A stretch of DNA of 64,000 nt from Octopus vulgaris. Its lineage: Eukaryota. A model generated the notes under the pieces. It saw only the letters and a list, made by a program, of their open reading frames with translations. It was not told the DNA's origin and did not search any database. How positions within the stretch are numbered: position 1 is the stretch's first letter; every line of letters begins with the position of its first letter. Below, in pieces: positions 1-13,394 of the stretch. The stretch covers positions 68,200,001 to 68,264,000 of the forward strand of contig OX597818.1 in assembly GCA_951406725.2 (NCBI GenBank), given 5' to 3'. The position numbers and the translations under genes were made by a program.

Positions 1-30
1 TACACCTTTATGTTTAAAATATTCATTTCC

Positions 31-145
31 ACCTACCAAATCCATTCACAAGGATTTGCTCAGCCTGGGGCTATAGTAAAAGATAATTGCCCAAGTGCCA
101 TATAGTGGGACTGAACCCAGAACCATGTGGTTAGGAAGCAAACCT
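31..145 (-). mobile_element. SINE family A (tRNA-derived, CORE-like), 5' part
   Basis: Reverse complement matches the family-A head seen at 13395, 30450 and 37428 (…AACCACATGGTTCTGGGTTCAGTCCCACT…TTGGGCAA). Confidence 0.8.
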
Positions 146-1756
146 TTCCAACGATGTGATTAAATCTAGGAAACTTTTTATAGACTATCTAAAGCTTCAG
201 AATGCTTTCCTAGCCTGTATTACCAGAATGACTTTGTGAGGTCATTGTTGTTTAGTTTGAGGTGAAACCCTATTTTAGTGGACTTAGAATAAAATCTCAC
301 ACCAGCCATGATGTCTTTTTTACTGATAATGCAAGCTTACAATTCCTGATATTTTTTCTCCCTTATTTAAGCCAATAAGATATAATTTGAGGGAGATATA
401 GCTGCTGCTTCTAGCAGATTGAACGACCATGAAGAGGATTCCTCAAGGCCACATCATTCTTTTGTATTTGTTTTCTGTTTTTGATTAGCAACAAAATTTT
501 TATGTTTGGTGGGGGAGGCATGAAAGGAAGCGGTTTCTCCTCATTAATATATTCCTCAAGATGATAATAAGTCGAAGGTCATATCGTAAGAGAGAGAAAT
601 GCAGTGAAATAGTCACAAAGCAAGATTTGTAGGCTGTTTGTTAGTCTCAGCATGCCAGGAACTTAATTGTTTGCTGTATAACATTTGCCATATTTAGCTT
701 GAATTTGTGTCTGTTAGAAACTAGAGTTAGCAGAAAGAAACATCAGAAAAGAGATTGAAAATAGCTCTCAAGAGAGGCAGCAGTTCTAAAAACGAAAATA
801 TTGTGTAGAAGAAGTGTGATGAGATGAGAAGATGTGTTTTGTCTTGTTCACGTCTAACAGTCCCCAGAGTAAAATAATAGCACTTGCCTTCATCTAACAA
901 GAAATAAATTGTTGCTTCTATGGATAAATCAATTGTTTACTTCTTAGATAGATTCCTAGTTTGGGTTTGGTAATTGATATCTCAGCTAATGTGCTCTCTA
1001 ATTCTGTCAGTTCAAAATTTACTTAAGTTAACTTAATTAGCATATTTTTTTTATTATGTTATGAGTTGTAATGCGGCCAAAGGTAATTTGTAGCCACCAT
1101 CAAAACAACCTCTTACACTGGATCAGAGTCTATTTTCCCGAATAGTTTTAAAAATGGTATTATGGCGGAGGAATTCTGTAAGCTGGAAGAAGTTGGAATA
1201 ATTCATACACATGAATAAACATTCCTGCTTGCCTCTAACTTTCTGTATTTAATGAAAAGAATATCTTAATTGATAGCCAAACGAGTGCTTTTATCCGACA
1301 ATGGTTGTGAACAATACTTCACTCTCCCCCACTTTCCTAAAACAGTTCAGTTTACACAATATCACTAAATGAGTTCAATTAGAAACGAGACTAATATTAA
1401 AATTACGGCTATAATATATGCAAATTGATTTGTCAAAAATATAAAATATAAATTACTCACTTTGTTCGTCAGCATAGTTTAATTTATATTGGTCAATAAA
1501 GTTAGCACAGCAGAAAGTCTATTCAATCATGCAATTTTCAATATTGTTTGAGATTAGCAACATCAAACAACTGTGGCTAGAGTCTGTTAAATCTTCTGGC
1601 AACATTTTGTTCAATACATTTTAAATATTCGACAAGAATGGACCATTTATTATAAACAATCAGGAATTTTCATACGAATACACCAACGATATTAGTCAGT
1701 GTGACTAGAACAAACCATCTTTAACCATATTTATGTATAGGAGCCAAGAAAAAGAA

Positions 1757-1793
1757 CAATAACATAATGATAACAATAATAATAATAATAATG

Positions 1794-1883
<90 letters not shown>

Positions 1884-1896
1884 GCAACAATAATAA
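1757..1896. repeat. (AAT)n/(AAC)n microsatellite
   Basis: Direct reading; explains the poly-L and poly-Y ORFs. Confidence 0.95.
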
Positions 1897-2145
1897 AAAA
1901 AAATGGAGGAAAAAATGTCGTCTGAAACCATTGATTTCAATGCAGTCGAACTAATAAAGCATTTCATATGAAATGGTAAAAGAAAGCAAAGTTTTCTTTT
2001 GCCATTTGTGCTGCTTAGAAAATAACTGCCCCAGAATTGGTGAGCAAAGAGTAAAGATGAAATCGAAGGCTAGAATGTGGGAGGGGGGGAGAAAAGACGG
2101 TCACTCACTTTTTCCACTTTCATCAACAAGGGAAGCCTTTTTAAT

Positions 2146-2366
2146 ATCATCATCATCCTCATCAGTATCACTACCGTCATCATCATCATCAGCATCATCA
2201 GCGTCGTCATCATCATCGTCATAGTCGTCATCATCATCATCATAGTCGTCATCATCATCATCATAGTCGTCGTCGTCGTCATCGTCATCATCATCAGCAT
2301 CATTATCATCATCACACCCTCCCCTTCCACTTCCTCCTCACCAGCATCATCATCATCATCATCATT
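2146..2366. repeat. (CAT)n/(CGT)n degenerate microsatellite
   Basis: Direct reading. Confidence 0.9.
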
Positions 2367-2900
2367 AATAGTATTAAAAATTTTGATGCGTTAGACAATG
2401 AAAATGATAATGATGATAACGACGGTGACGGTGGTGGTGGTGGTTGTGATAGAAATAATGATGAAAAGATAAAAATATTTCTTTGAGTGGTTCCTTGCCA
2501 GACTTGCTTTCTTAATATTCAACGGTTGCTCCATTAACCCTTAAAAGTCCACCCATACTGAACAGACCTTCCACGTTCTCTCTCACTGATAATTGTTTAA
2601 GACTTTCTAGGGCTACAGTGTCCTATGTACCCTTTCCTTATTTCAGACTGGAATGATATTTCATGTGAGATTCAACTGCTATTTTTAGCAGATTGAGTAA
2701 CCACATAGAAGCTCATGTTTGATGGGACATTTCAGGGAATATAACTAAAAACTAAACACTGGCGTTTCTGACTCTTTACATCTTCTATCCCATCATCACA
2801 TGTGGTCATCACATGTGGTCACATCGCATGTGAAAACTATAAATCATTTTATAAGCAACACTTTTGAGACAGTTCTATATTTAAGAGATGAGGAATTATG

Positions 2901-3389
2901 TACATTATTTACATTATTTACACAGGCAAATGGTGTAGTGGTTAATGGAAGCACTGTGTCGGTTACGACGACGAGGGTTCCGGTTGATCCGATCAACGGA
3001 ACAGCCTGCTCATGAAATTAACGTGTAAGTGGCTGAGCACTCCACAGACACGTGCACCCTTAACGTAGTTCTCGGGGATATTCAGCGTGACACAGAGAGT
3101 GACAAGGCCGGCCCCTTGAAATACAGGTACAACAGAAACAGGAAGTATGAGTGAGAGAAAGTTTTGGTTAAAGAGTACAGCAGGGATCACCACCATCCCC
3201 TGCCGGAGCCTCGTGGAGCTTTATGTGTTTTCGCTCAATAAATACTCACAACGCATAGTCTGGGTTCGAAACCGCGATCCTACGACCGCGAGTCCGCTGC
3301 CCTAACCACTGGGCCATTGCGCCTCCACTGTAGTGGTTAAGAGCATGGGCTACTAACCCCAATATTCCAAGTTCGATTCCAGGCAGTGA

Positions 3390-3447
<58 letters not shown>

Positions 3448-3586
3448 CAAAAAATTCCTTAGGAATGAGAACCCTGGTTCGAAATTTTCCCAAGACACCT
3501 GATGAAGGCTGGAGGGTATATCAGCCGAAAACAAGATGAGGACAAATATCCGTCGAATGTAAATAAAGTAAATAATGTAAATAATG
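2901..3586 (+). mobile_element. Family D element (tRNA-like head + (AAT)n + hammerhead), copy 1, interrupted by SINE C
   Basis: Head GGCAAATGGTGTAGTGGTTAA|GAGCATGGGCTACTAACCCC…GTTCGATTCC, (AAT)n 3394-3447, CTGATGA-AGGCTG…CAGCC-GAAA at 3499-3530, tail TGTAAATAA repeats. 2901-2922 is an inverted copy of the tail. Homologous to 15326-15685, 49125-49348 and 56531-56833. Confidence 0.85.
2946..3328 (-). mobile_element. SINE family C (tRNA-Arg-like head), full length, 12-bp TSD
   Basis: Minus-strand head GTGGAGGCGCAATGGCCCAGTGGTTAGGGCAGCGGACTCGCGGTCGTAGGATCGCGGTTTCGAACCC with A and B boxes. TGTAGTGGTTAA is duplicated at 2934-2945 and 3329-3340. Confidence 0.9.
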
Positions 3587-3636
3587 AAGACTTTTGAGAG
3601 CCTCCGAAATGTCATGCTTGTAATTATTCAGCATTT

Positions 3637-3850
3637 AGCGGACAGCAAGCTGGCAGCACCATTATCATGCTGGACAAACTGCTAAACTGCTTAGCAGCAT
3701 GTCGTCCGTCTTTACGTCCTGAATTAAAATTCCACCAAGATAGACTTTGTCTTTTAGGGTCAATAAAATAAGAACCAGTCAAGCACTAAGGTCGATGTAA
3801 TTGACTTTCTCCTCCCGCGAAATTGCTGGCCTTGTGCCAAAATTTGAAAT
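3637..3850 (+). mobile_element. SINE family B, diverged copy
   Basis: Similar to the young copy at 24997-25227. Confidence 0.7.
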
Positions 3851-4115
3851 CAGTTATTTGGTGTTCTTTTTTTCGTCCTTGCTGCAGACATAGCTACATG
3901 GCAAAGAAGATATTTCCATTTCTGACATGGCTGCATGGCAAACGAGGTTGCACCTTGGCCTCATGCTGTCACATTTAGTTCTTCTATGTGGCACCTTGGG
4001 CCAAACATGTTGTCAACTCAACTACAGTTGTGGCCCAATCAAAGCCTTATCAATGGATTTGGCAGGCAGAAACTGAAAGAAGCCTGAAGGAGCTGGTGCT
4101 GTATTATGTGAATAT

Positions 4116-4116
4116 A

Positions 4117-4150
<34 letters not shown>

Positions 4151-4830
4151 GTTTAACGTCTGCTTTCCATGCTGGCATGGGTTGGACGGTATGAATGAGG
4201 ACTGGCAAGCCAGGAGGCTGCACCAGGCTCCAGTCTGATCTGGCAAAGTTTCTACAGTTGGATGTCCTTCCTAATGCCAACCACTCTGAGAGTGTAGTGG
4301 GTGCTTTTTACATGCCACTAGCATGAGGGCCAGTCAGGCAGCAGTGGCAATGGCTATGCATGAATGGTGCTATTTATGTACCACCAGCAGTCAGACAGCA
4401 GCACTGGCATCAGCCATGACATTGACTTCACTTAACAGGTCTTCTCAAGCACAGTTTATTGCCCAATGATTGAAGGGTACTTTTAAATGGGCTGGTTATA
4501 CTGCACTGGCATAGGCCACAGTTACGGTCTCACTTGACTTACTGGGTCTTCTCAAGCACAGCATATCTCTAAAGGTCTCAGTCGCTTGTCATCGCCTCCA
4601 TGAGGGCCAACGTTCGAAGATCATGCTTCCATATCTCATTCCAGGTCTGCTAGGGTCTACCTCTTCCACAGGTTCCCTCTACTGCCAGGGTGTGACACAT
4701 TTAAACACAGCTGTCATCATCCGTATGCATCACATGACCATACCAATGCAATCGTCTCTCTTGCACACCACATCTGATGCTTCTCATATCCAACTTTTCT
4801 CTCAGGGTGCTTATGCATATACACACACAT
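4116..4830 (-). mobile_element. RTE-clade LINE 3' fragment with 3' UTR module and (GAT)n tail
   Basis: Minus-strand translation STLREKLDMRSIRCGVQERRLHWYGHVMH is the typical post-RT RLxWxGHV motif, followed by the TGGTTGGCATTAGGAAGG…CAGCATGGAAAGCAGACGTTAAACGATGATG module. Confidence 0.85.
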
Positions 4831-5739
4831 ATGCATAGTGATCCAGTATGGCCGCAGCCATGTGGCTGAAATAAATACAAGGAATATACATGTGTATGTG
4901 ACTGTAAATATATATACACACAGGCACACATGCAACAGTGTGCATGTGTGTGTGTGTGTGTGTGTGTATGTGTGTGTGTGTTTTGTCTTTCACTTGGCAT
5001 CTTGTGATAGTTGTGAACAAGAATCCTTGTTATGCCTGGCCATGAGGAAATATTGCCTGGCTCGAGAACAGATGAGTTTTGTTGACCAGAAAGGGCATCC
5101 TGCCATAGAAAATTTGCCTCAACGGATTCTATATGCAAGCATGGAAAAGTAGACACTGAAATGACGATGTCGATGATGATGATGATGATGAGGAGGAGGA
5201 GGAGGAGGAGGAGGAGGGGAGGATGAGACCTTTTGCATAACCAATAAACTGCAAGGAAAAGATTCTAAATATATTTACTATTATTCATCATTTCTTTTAG
5301 TTGTTTTTGATATTGGACCGGGTCCATGCCCCGACCACCACATTGAAAATTCTCTTCATCATTGTCATCACTACCACCACTACCCCCATCATCACCACCA
5401 CCATCATCATCATCATCATCACCACCACCACCTCCACCACCATCATCTTCATTGTCATCATTTTACATTCTATTTCCCGGCTGGTTGAGTTGGACATTTC
5501 ATTACTGCTCTTCAAGTTTTGTTAGAAGACCACATCAGACTTTAGGTTCCATCCATGGCAGTGCTAATCTACGGGCCGGGGGGGGGGGGGATTGGGGTCA
5601 TATGACCCTTGAGAGGCCATGCAAGATTTTGGTGTTAAAATTTATGTTCAGTAAATTGGTTAAACTTCTAAAATACTTTTCATTTTAAAATATTTTCTTT
5701 TATAATTTCTAAAAATATTTAATTATAAAAATACAATTC

Positions 5740-5930
5740 TTTTATTCTTTTACTTGTTTCAGTCATTTGACTGCGGCCATGCTGGAGCACCAGCTTTAAC
5801 CAAACAAATCGGCCCCAGAACTTATTTTTTATAAGCCTAGTACTTACTCTATCGGCCCTTTATTTGCTGAACCACTAAGATACGGGCCATAAACACACCA
5901 ACATCGGTTGTCAAGTGATGGTAAGGTGAC
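5740..5930 (-). mobile_element. SINE family A, 3' part
   Basis: TTCTTTTACTTGTTTCAGTCATTTGACTGCGGCCATGCTGGAGCAC… matches the family-A tail. Confidence 0.8.
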
Positions 5931-6281
5931 AACCAATTTTTTTTTGTTTTTTTTAACATCAAATGGCTTTTAGGTTCCATCCAAGTACAGTAAGCTTCAA
6001 AGGGGTCCATCGACAAAAGACAGTTTGGAACCACTGGCTTGTGATTTCGTTTCAGCAGCTAGATGTCCTTCCCGACATCACAACAAATTTTACACAGTGC
6101 GTATATTTGTATATATATGTGTGTGTATATATCTTCATCATCATCATAATCATCATTTAACATTCGTTCTCCAATCTGGCATGGTTTTTACAGCTGGTTG
6201 CCCTTCCTAATTACAACCTCTTTACAAAGTGTACTGGGTGTTTTTCCCTGCCACCAGCATATACGTACATCATATATATAT

Positions 6282-6325
<44 letters not shown>

Positions 6326-8431
6326 TTAATATCCATATTCCTTGTATGGGTTGGACAATTTGATAGGATCCAACGAGCTGATGACTTCGTCATTAAGCTC
6401 CATTGCATTTTTGCTTACCAAATCCAACAATGCTAAGCAAATATTGGTTCGATCTGAGCTGTAGTAGAACATGGTACCAGGCAGTGGGACTGAACCAGAA
6501 ACCACAATATATATATATATTGCAACACAACATATTTCTGTTTCATTTCTTGCAATCTGGAAGCATTTTCCTCTCAAAATATCCTAAATCGGTGCAGTGA
6601 ATGCAACAGCCTCTATTCTTTTATACAGCCTACTAACATATGTGTTATTTTCATAGACATAGAGTGATTTTACTGTAGAGAGAGGCTCTTCTAGACTCAT
6701 GTGGGAAGGCAAAGTCATAGATTTAAGAATAATTCCGAAACCACAAAATATAAAAAAAGGCATAAAAAAATCATAGAACAAAAAAAAAGCCATTTATTAT
6801 TTACATTATTTTTTTTTTCTTTTCTACTTCAGTGAGATTATGTTTGGTTTCACTGTAAATATCCTTATCTACTTGAGGTTAGAAATATATTGTCTATTTA
6901 TGATATCCAATAGGAATTCACATCTACTAATATTATCTTTTAACAATATTCCATGCATTGTAAAACCATTCTATAATGAGAGAAAGTCTCTTTACTCAAC
7001 CTGTTATACACCATAGCTCCTGTGTATCTCCATTGCAATCAATACTTTTACTTGTGCATCGCAAAGTTTTAATCTAATAATGCTATTCTATCACCAAGGG
7101 AATCTAAGAGACTTCACATATCTATGAGACACGAGTCTGATCTCAGTTATCATCTTTCAGATAAACATTCCATCATATTTTATTGTCCCTGCTTTATAAA
7201 TAGCTTTCCAAATACAGATGAATCAATGAGAGATAATTTCAAAACTTGCTAATATATTTTTATTTCTGATATCTTCTTGTCAAAACAGACCATATCAATC
7301 ACATTTACACTGTATAGAAGTACGTTGTAAATAAATCCTAAACTTCAAATCACTTCGAAAATAAATTTCTCTACATCGCTGCATTGTTAATTTGCATGCA
7401 ATAAATTCACACGATGAGGATACACGTTTTACTTTTAATTAATCATATTCTTCTTGCATTCGTGTTGAATAATAATTTAAATACTGCTTTTCCATTTCAC
7501 ATGTAGGCATGAATCTGAAAAGGGTGTTGGTTAAGCAAACAAAAGACTGCCGAATGTATCACGTCACTGCCACTGTGTTGCTGTAGCTAAAGCAAATTAA
7601 CTCTCTTTGGCACAATCCACCTAGCTCTTCATGATGCTGTTTGTAACTGGTCACTGAACCTGTTAGAAATAACAGCCAAATCTCAGTCAAAATTCACTCT
7701 CTTAAATAAGTAAATGACATCTTACGTAACACTGAGATAAATATGAGCAGATATATATTTCGAGTCAGACCATTCCAGTCAATGGCAAGATTTGTTCTAA
7801 GGAACGCCGATTCTGTAGAATTACTCCTGCTTCTAACTTTAAATGATATGAATGGTGATGGCTTTAATTTCTTTTGCTTGAGCAGCAGAAGAGGGAAATA
7901 GACTCTTCTAATGGGATCAAATCATCATCACCAGCATCATCATTATCATCATCACCACAAGTCATTATTTCAAACATCGATTAACATAAAATTTTAATGG
8001 AAGTTTTCAATTTGAATCACTGTAAAACGGAAATTTTATCATAAACCTGGGTGCCACCTCAGGTGGGTTGGAATAGAAAGTGTTAAGAGGTAAATGCAAA
8101 TGACTGATGTGAGCAGTAGATGCAGAATTGAATTAAGGGATCGATAAAACTATGGGAACTGCAGGTGAGTACCTCACAATCCACAGGTGTACCTTGTTTG
8201 CTATGTCTGTGACACATTTAATTCAATTAACAATCATTTATCTATCTGGATGTGGGTCAGATAATTACATTTTATTAGGACATCATTGCTTTACAGCCAG
8301 ACAATGTTCATGTTACTGGCTGTTTGCTGTTTTTAATGCAGGTATTTGTATTGGACGGGTAGATGTATTCTTACTTTCTCTGGAGAAAAAGTGGTAGACT
8401 CTGATTTGATGGTTAGGATATCTCTTGTAAC

Positions 8432-8635
8432 TGTGAGCTGGCAGAATCATTAGCATGGCAGGCAAAATGCTTAGGGACATTTTGCCAATCCGTGTGTTCT
8501 GAGTTGAAATTCTGTTGAGGTCGGCTTTGTCTTTCATCCTTTTGAGGTCAATTAAGTAAATACCCATTGAACACCTGCATTGATGTAACTGACTTATCCC
8601 TTCTCCGGAAATTACTGGCTTTGGATCAAAATTTT
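8432..8635 (+). mobile_element. SINE family B
   Basis: GAGCTGGCAGAATCATTAGC…CTTTCATCCTTTTGAGGTCAAT core. Confidence 0.75.
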
Positions 8636-8642
8636 AGATTAT

Positions 8643-8957
8643 TCTTAGAATCATGGTTAGTGCAGTGAACCAGCAGAACCATTAGCACACCGAGCAGAAT
8701 GCTTAGTGGTATTTCGTTGGTCTGTACACACCCAGTAAAAATTCCATCAAGGTTGACTTTGCCTTTCATCCTTTTGGGGGGCCAAAAAGTAAGTACCAGT
8801 CATGTACTGCGGCCAATGGAATCAACTAGACCCTGCCCCAAAATGTCAGGCTTTGTACCTAAGGTAGAAAGGATATGTGTTGTAACTCTAATTGTAATTC
8901 GGACCTTGAGTATCAGAAACTAGAAAATATAACCCATTGGATCCCACCACTTAAATT
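8643..8957 (+). repeat. Local duplication unit 1 (SINE B plus flanks), near-identical to 11652-11965
   Basis: Shared private substitutions and about 85 bp of shared non-SINE 3' flank. Confidence 0.9.
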
Positions 8958-9679
8958 TGACAACCGATGTTGGTGTGTTTACATCCCCATAAATTAGGAG
9001 TTAAGTAACAGGAATGAATAGAATAGGTACCACACTAAAAATAGTATAAATACTGGGGTCAATTTTTGGGACTTGAATTTCTTCAAGGCAATGCCCCAGC
9101 ATGGCCGCAGTCTAATGCCTGAAACAAGTAAAAGATAACAGGTGCATCTCTGTGGAATAGAGCCTTTCACAGATCTTTGTCTTCGTCTAATTGGTTCAGA
9201 CACTTCCCACTTTATTCCTCTCATCTCACCTACTTCAAGTTTCGTTTTAATTATTTTTCTATTTTCTCTTTTACAATAATATTTAAGTCCAGCTGCGTCG
9301 TTTAGAAGTACGTTTTTTCTCTCCAATAAAGTCAGAGACAATGGCTGTGCTACGGACGTGTTTTTTAATTTATGACTTGTTTTGGAATCTTTCCAATCTG
9401 CTGCATAAGATGTGTCTGAGATATGTGCTGTTGATTTTCTTTGTTCATATCTTTGGGGAATTTCCAATTTACCAAAGTATACGTTAAGGTTCATTGGACA
9501 TTCCAGTTAAGATTGTGCTAATTTGTTTCCCTGTTAATTTTTCATCATTATACCTCGCTTCAGTTGTTTAGAGTTTGTTTCTCATATCGATCCCAACAAA
9601 GTGTTTGGTACGTATTTTTATCAATCCCTGTATAATCAAATGACTAAATCCGACTTACTGAAAAAAGTATGCAACCCAT

Positions 9680-9966
9680 ACTTGTCTACTCTAGGCACAA
9701 GGCCCGAAATTTGGAGGGAGGAGGCCAGTCGATTAGATCGACCCCAGTATTTTAAGCATAAAGGTGCAGCAGTGGTTGTGTGGTAAGAGGTTTCGTTCCT
9801 AGCCACATGGTTCTGGGTCCAGTCCCACTATGTGGCACTTGGGCAACCCAGAAAGGATGAAAAGCAAAGTCGACCTCGGCGTATTTTGAACTCAGAACGG
9901 AGCGACGGGTGAAATAGCGCGAAGCAGTTCGTCCAGCGTCCTGACCACTCAGCCAGCTCGCTGCCT
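9680..9966 (-). mobile_element. SINE B (minus) interrupted by a SINE A head (plus, ~9762-9846)
   Basis: Family-B segments at 9680-9750 and 9847-9966 flank a family-A head. Confidence 0.7.
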
Positions 9967-11651
9967 TACCATACTGCAATATTAATGCACAATATTGTAT
10001 CAATATTTAATTTTATGTCAGAATAAATTCGTCTCCCTTTCTGCTGTAGTCTACTCTCTCCAGAGGCGAAGGGTGTCTTGGCTTTACCGGATGTTCATGG
10101 CACTCTCACAAATGCTTAACGTTATAGAAGGCATCCAGCCGTAGAAAGCATACCAAAGCAGACAGTGGTGGACAATGCAGTGTTCAGAGCCATCGGATGC
10201 AATCAAGCCGTCAAACCCATACCATCAGGGAATATGAACTTTAAACGATGTTTATAGTGATGCTGATGACGAAGATTCAATCTTCAACTAAGTATTTGTT
10301 TCAACGCTTCCAGCATCTCTACACTGAGGGATATGGACATTAAGGCCAATGTTAACAATATATTTGTTGCATACGTTTTTTACTAGTAGAGAGAGTTTAG
10401 AGATTAGCTTGTTTGTCAAATATATTAGCACCAGTTTTGACTACTTTCACACTTTTTAGCCATACTCCTGTATTAACAATAATCGATATATTCAAATGAA
10501 ATATTAGTCATTCTGTGATTTTAATACTTTCACTTTCAGAGTCAATAATGTAACTTATCATTTAAACTTTAATTTTAGGTGAATGCACAGCATTTTAGTC
10601 TAGTGTTTGTTTTCTTTATTTTTTATATAAAACTTAAGTTATTGTTGTATTATATAAATTTTTTAAAACTTTGTTCGTTAATAACTGACGCATTTTAAAA
10701 ATATTTTAATAAAATATGAACATTTATTAACTGTTCTGACAAAGTTTATTTATTCATTTATACGTTTGTTTGTTTAGTTTTCAATTTTCCAACTTAAAAT
10801 ATTATTAAGTTAACTGGGGTTTTTTTTGTTTGTTTTTTTTTTTTTTGGCGATCCATCAGGAATAGCTGCGTTTTGATGAGTGCACAATTCACAAAAGACT
10901 AACGAAACGTTAAGTATGGTAATGGAATTCATGACACTCATAAAAAATATAAAATGTCTGAGAAATATAAAGAGGGGAAAATACTTTTCTTCAAGAACTT
11001 CGTGCATTCACTGTCATGGTATGTGTGCACGTGTTCGTACGTGCGTGTATTGGCAAGCATAAATTTGTGCACGCATATGCATACATGCATATATACACAC
11101 ATACATATATATATATACATGTATATATATATATACATATATACAGATATGCATATATATGTACATGTATATATATGCATATATACATACACACAGACGC
11201 ACGCACACATATATATATATACATATATAAATGTATATACATACATACATCTATACATGTGTGTGTGTGTTGACAGAAAGTGTGCAGTGAAATTGCCGAG
11301 GAGAGTGGAAAATACGAAGTTTCGGACTGAGCCCTTTTTCCAAATAAATTTTACAAGGATCAAAGAAAAGGAAAGGTACAGTGTCTCGCATCCCGTGTAC
11401 TTGAGGCGTTGGAGACTTCTAGTTTCAGGTGACCAGTTACTCAATCGACTGAAATAGAAAAGAAACCAGACAATATATATATATGTGTGTGTGTGTGCGT
11501 GTGTGTGTCACACATTCATTTCTAGATTTTTTGTCAGCTAAACGAAATATTTTCACTTATTATATGCAAATACATCTGATATTTTCGTGTTTTCCGTATG
11601 ATGTGTATAAAATGCAAGTTACATAAATAGTTTTAGCGTTAGACAGAACAC

Positions 11652-11965
11652 TCTTAGAATCATGGTTAATGCAGGGAACCAGCAGAACCATTAGCACACC
11701 GAGCAGAATGCTTAGTGGTATTTCGTTGGTCTGTACACACACAGTAAAAATTCCATTAAGGTTGACTTTGCCTTTCATCCTTTTGGGGGCCAAAAAGTAA
11801 GTACCAGTCATGTACTGCGGTCAATGGAATCAACTAGACCCCGCCCCAAAATTTCAGGCCTTGTACCTAAAGTAGAAAGGATATGTGTTGTAACTCTAAT
11901 TGTAATTCGGACCTTGAGTATCAGAAACTAGAAAATATAACCCATTGGATCCCACCACTTAAATT
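11652..11965 (+). repeat. Local duplication unit 2
   Basis: Matches 8643-8957. Confidence 0.9.
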
Positions 11966-12699
11966 CAAGATTTAGTGTTCACAAGTAAATTGATGTCTTT
12001 TGTATTTAATTATCGGACCATGTTTTAGTTAGGTTAAATCCATGACGTAAGAAGCAGGAGTTTTCTGCCTTCATGGAATCAGTTATAGGTACATTTGTAA
12101 ATTTAAACAGTTCGATATAGTAGATATCCATATAGTAGATGTCCTTAACTACTCTCTTCTTTATCTTCAATATTCACGAGAGACGTTATTCAAATTAACA
12201 ATACATGGATTAATATGGCTATGCATGCTCATAAATTTTAATATCATTTTGGATTAAACACATCGGCCAGAAAGTGTTTAAGGTAGAAATGTGCTGAAAC
12301 ATGAGAATTAATAATATTGTGCATATTGAACTTACTACTGAAACTATTTCACTTCTGATTTCGGTTTTTATAGAGATGATGGGCTGCATATTTTGAGAAA
12401 TATGAATGGTCATACAATTGATGCTCTTATGTTGAAAATAGTAAAGTTAAATATCACAGAAGGTTAAAAATCTGACTCTTTGTAATTTCTATAACTGTAG
12501 ATTTAGTCTATATCAACTACTGCTATATAATACATTTTACAAGAAATCGGAATATATAATATCAATTGCAGCCATCTTCCAATAATCCTTAAAACTATAA
12601 TTTATGACATTAGTAAACGCCGCATACCTAACTTATACATTGACAACAAATTATGTAACCTTGGTATACGTTACTACAATGATGTATTAAAAGACTAAT

Positions 12700-13082
12700 G
12701 TATCAAAGATGGAACACATTGCATACACAAGACACAAGGTTGCCTTTGGCGGGAATTTGTATCCTGCCGACGACTATACTCAGAAAATAAGATGTGTCCT
12801 GTTACTTGTATATGATTCGGGAACGTCAGTTCAGATTCTTTAGTCATGCTGCTCGATTTTCCGAGTTGCATTATGCGTATCGTGCTCTCTTCCCTGAGAT
12901 TCCGGCTGGGCTGACAGCATGTGTTGATCAGCACCATGTCACATTGTCACAGCTGATTAGAGAGTGTCTCATTAAAGATGAGGACAGACTGGAACAGTGT
13001 TTGAAAGGTTTCATACACAATCCAAGAAAATACCAAAAATACAGCGACAGTATGCAACGGCACCCATACCTAACCTGATCTA
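12700..13082 (+). mobile_element. Decayed LINE (RTE-like) 3' end
   Basis: Frameshifted WREFVSCRRLYSE…PVTC / IRERQFRFFSHAARF, resembling the W..VSN…IR.RQLR.FGH.AR motif of RTE-type RT C-termini. Confidence 0.7.
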
Positions 13083-13394
13083 GTATAGTATCCTCTAAAT
13101 CTTAAATTTTCGTTCCACTGTTACCACAATTTGCTAAGCTACATGTATAAGTCACCCATAGACAATATGCTGTCTAATAAAATCTCTGTTAGAATACGCT
13201 ATTGTTATACCAAGAGTTTTGTTACTTCCGTTACCAGTATAAACAAGAGAAACCTTTCCAGCAAGAACACCGATTCTTCCTCCATGTAAATACCACAACC
13301 CTAATATTTGCTCTTTCCCGTTCTTATGTAGTCTTCTGAAACCATACTTTGCTCTAAGTATTACTTGAAGGATTACGAAAACAAAATGCTATGT

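Noticed and set aside
3329-3393. tRNA gene (also heads at 3255-3328 and 15360-15428)
   Set aside because: Acceptor stems do not close and each continues into a repeated element body; these are tRNA-derived heads.
5559-6036. hAT MITE
   Set aside because: Only the right end resembles a Charlie-type TIR; the left TIR and an 8-bp TSD were not found.
8994-9494. 166-aa minus-strand ORF
   Set aside because: Its C-terminal third is antisense SINE A; the rest has no recognisable motif or splice context and may be decayed element sequence.
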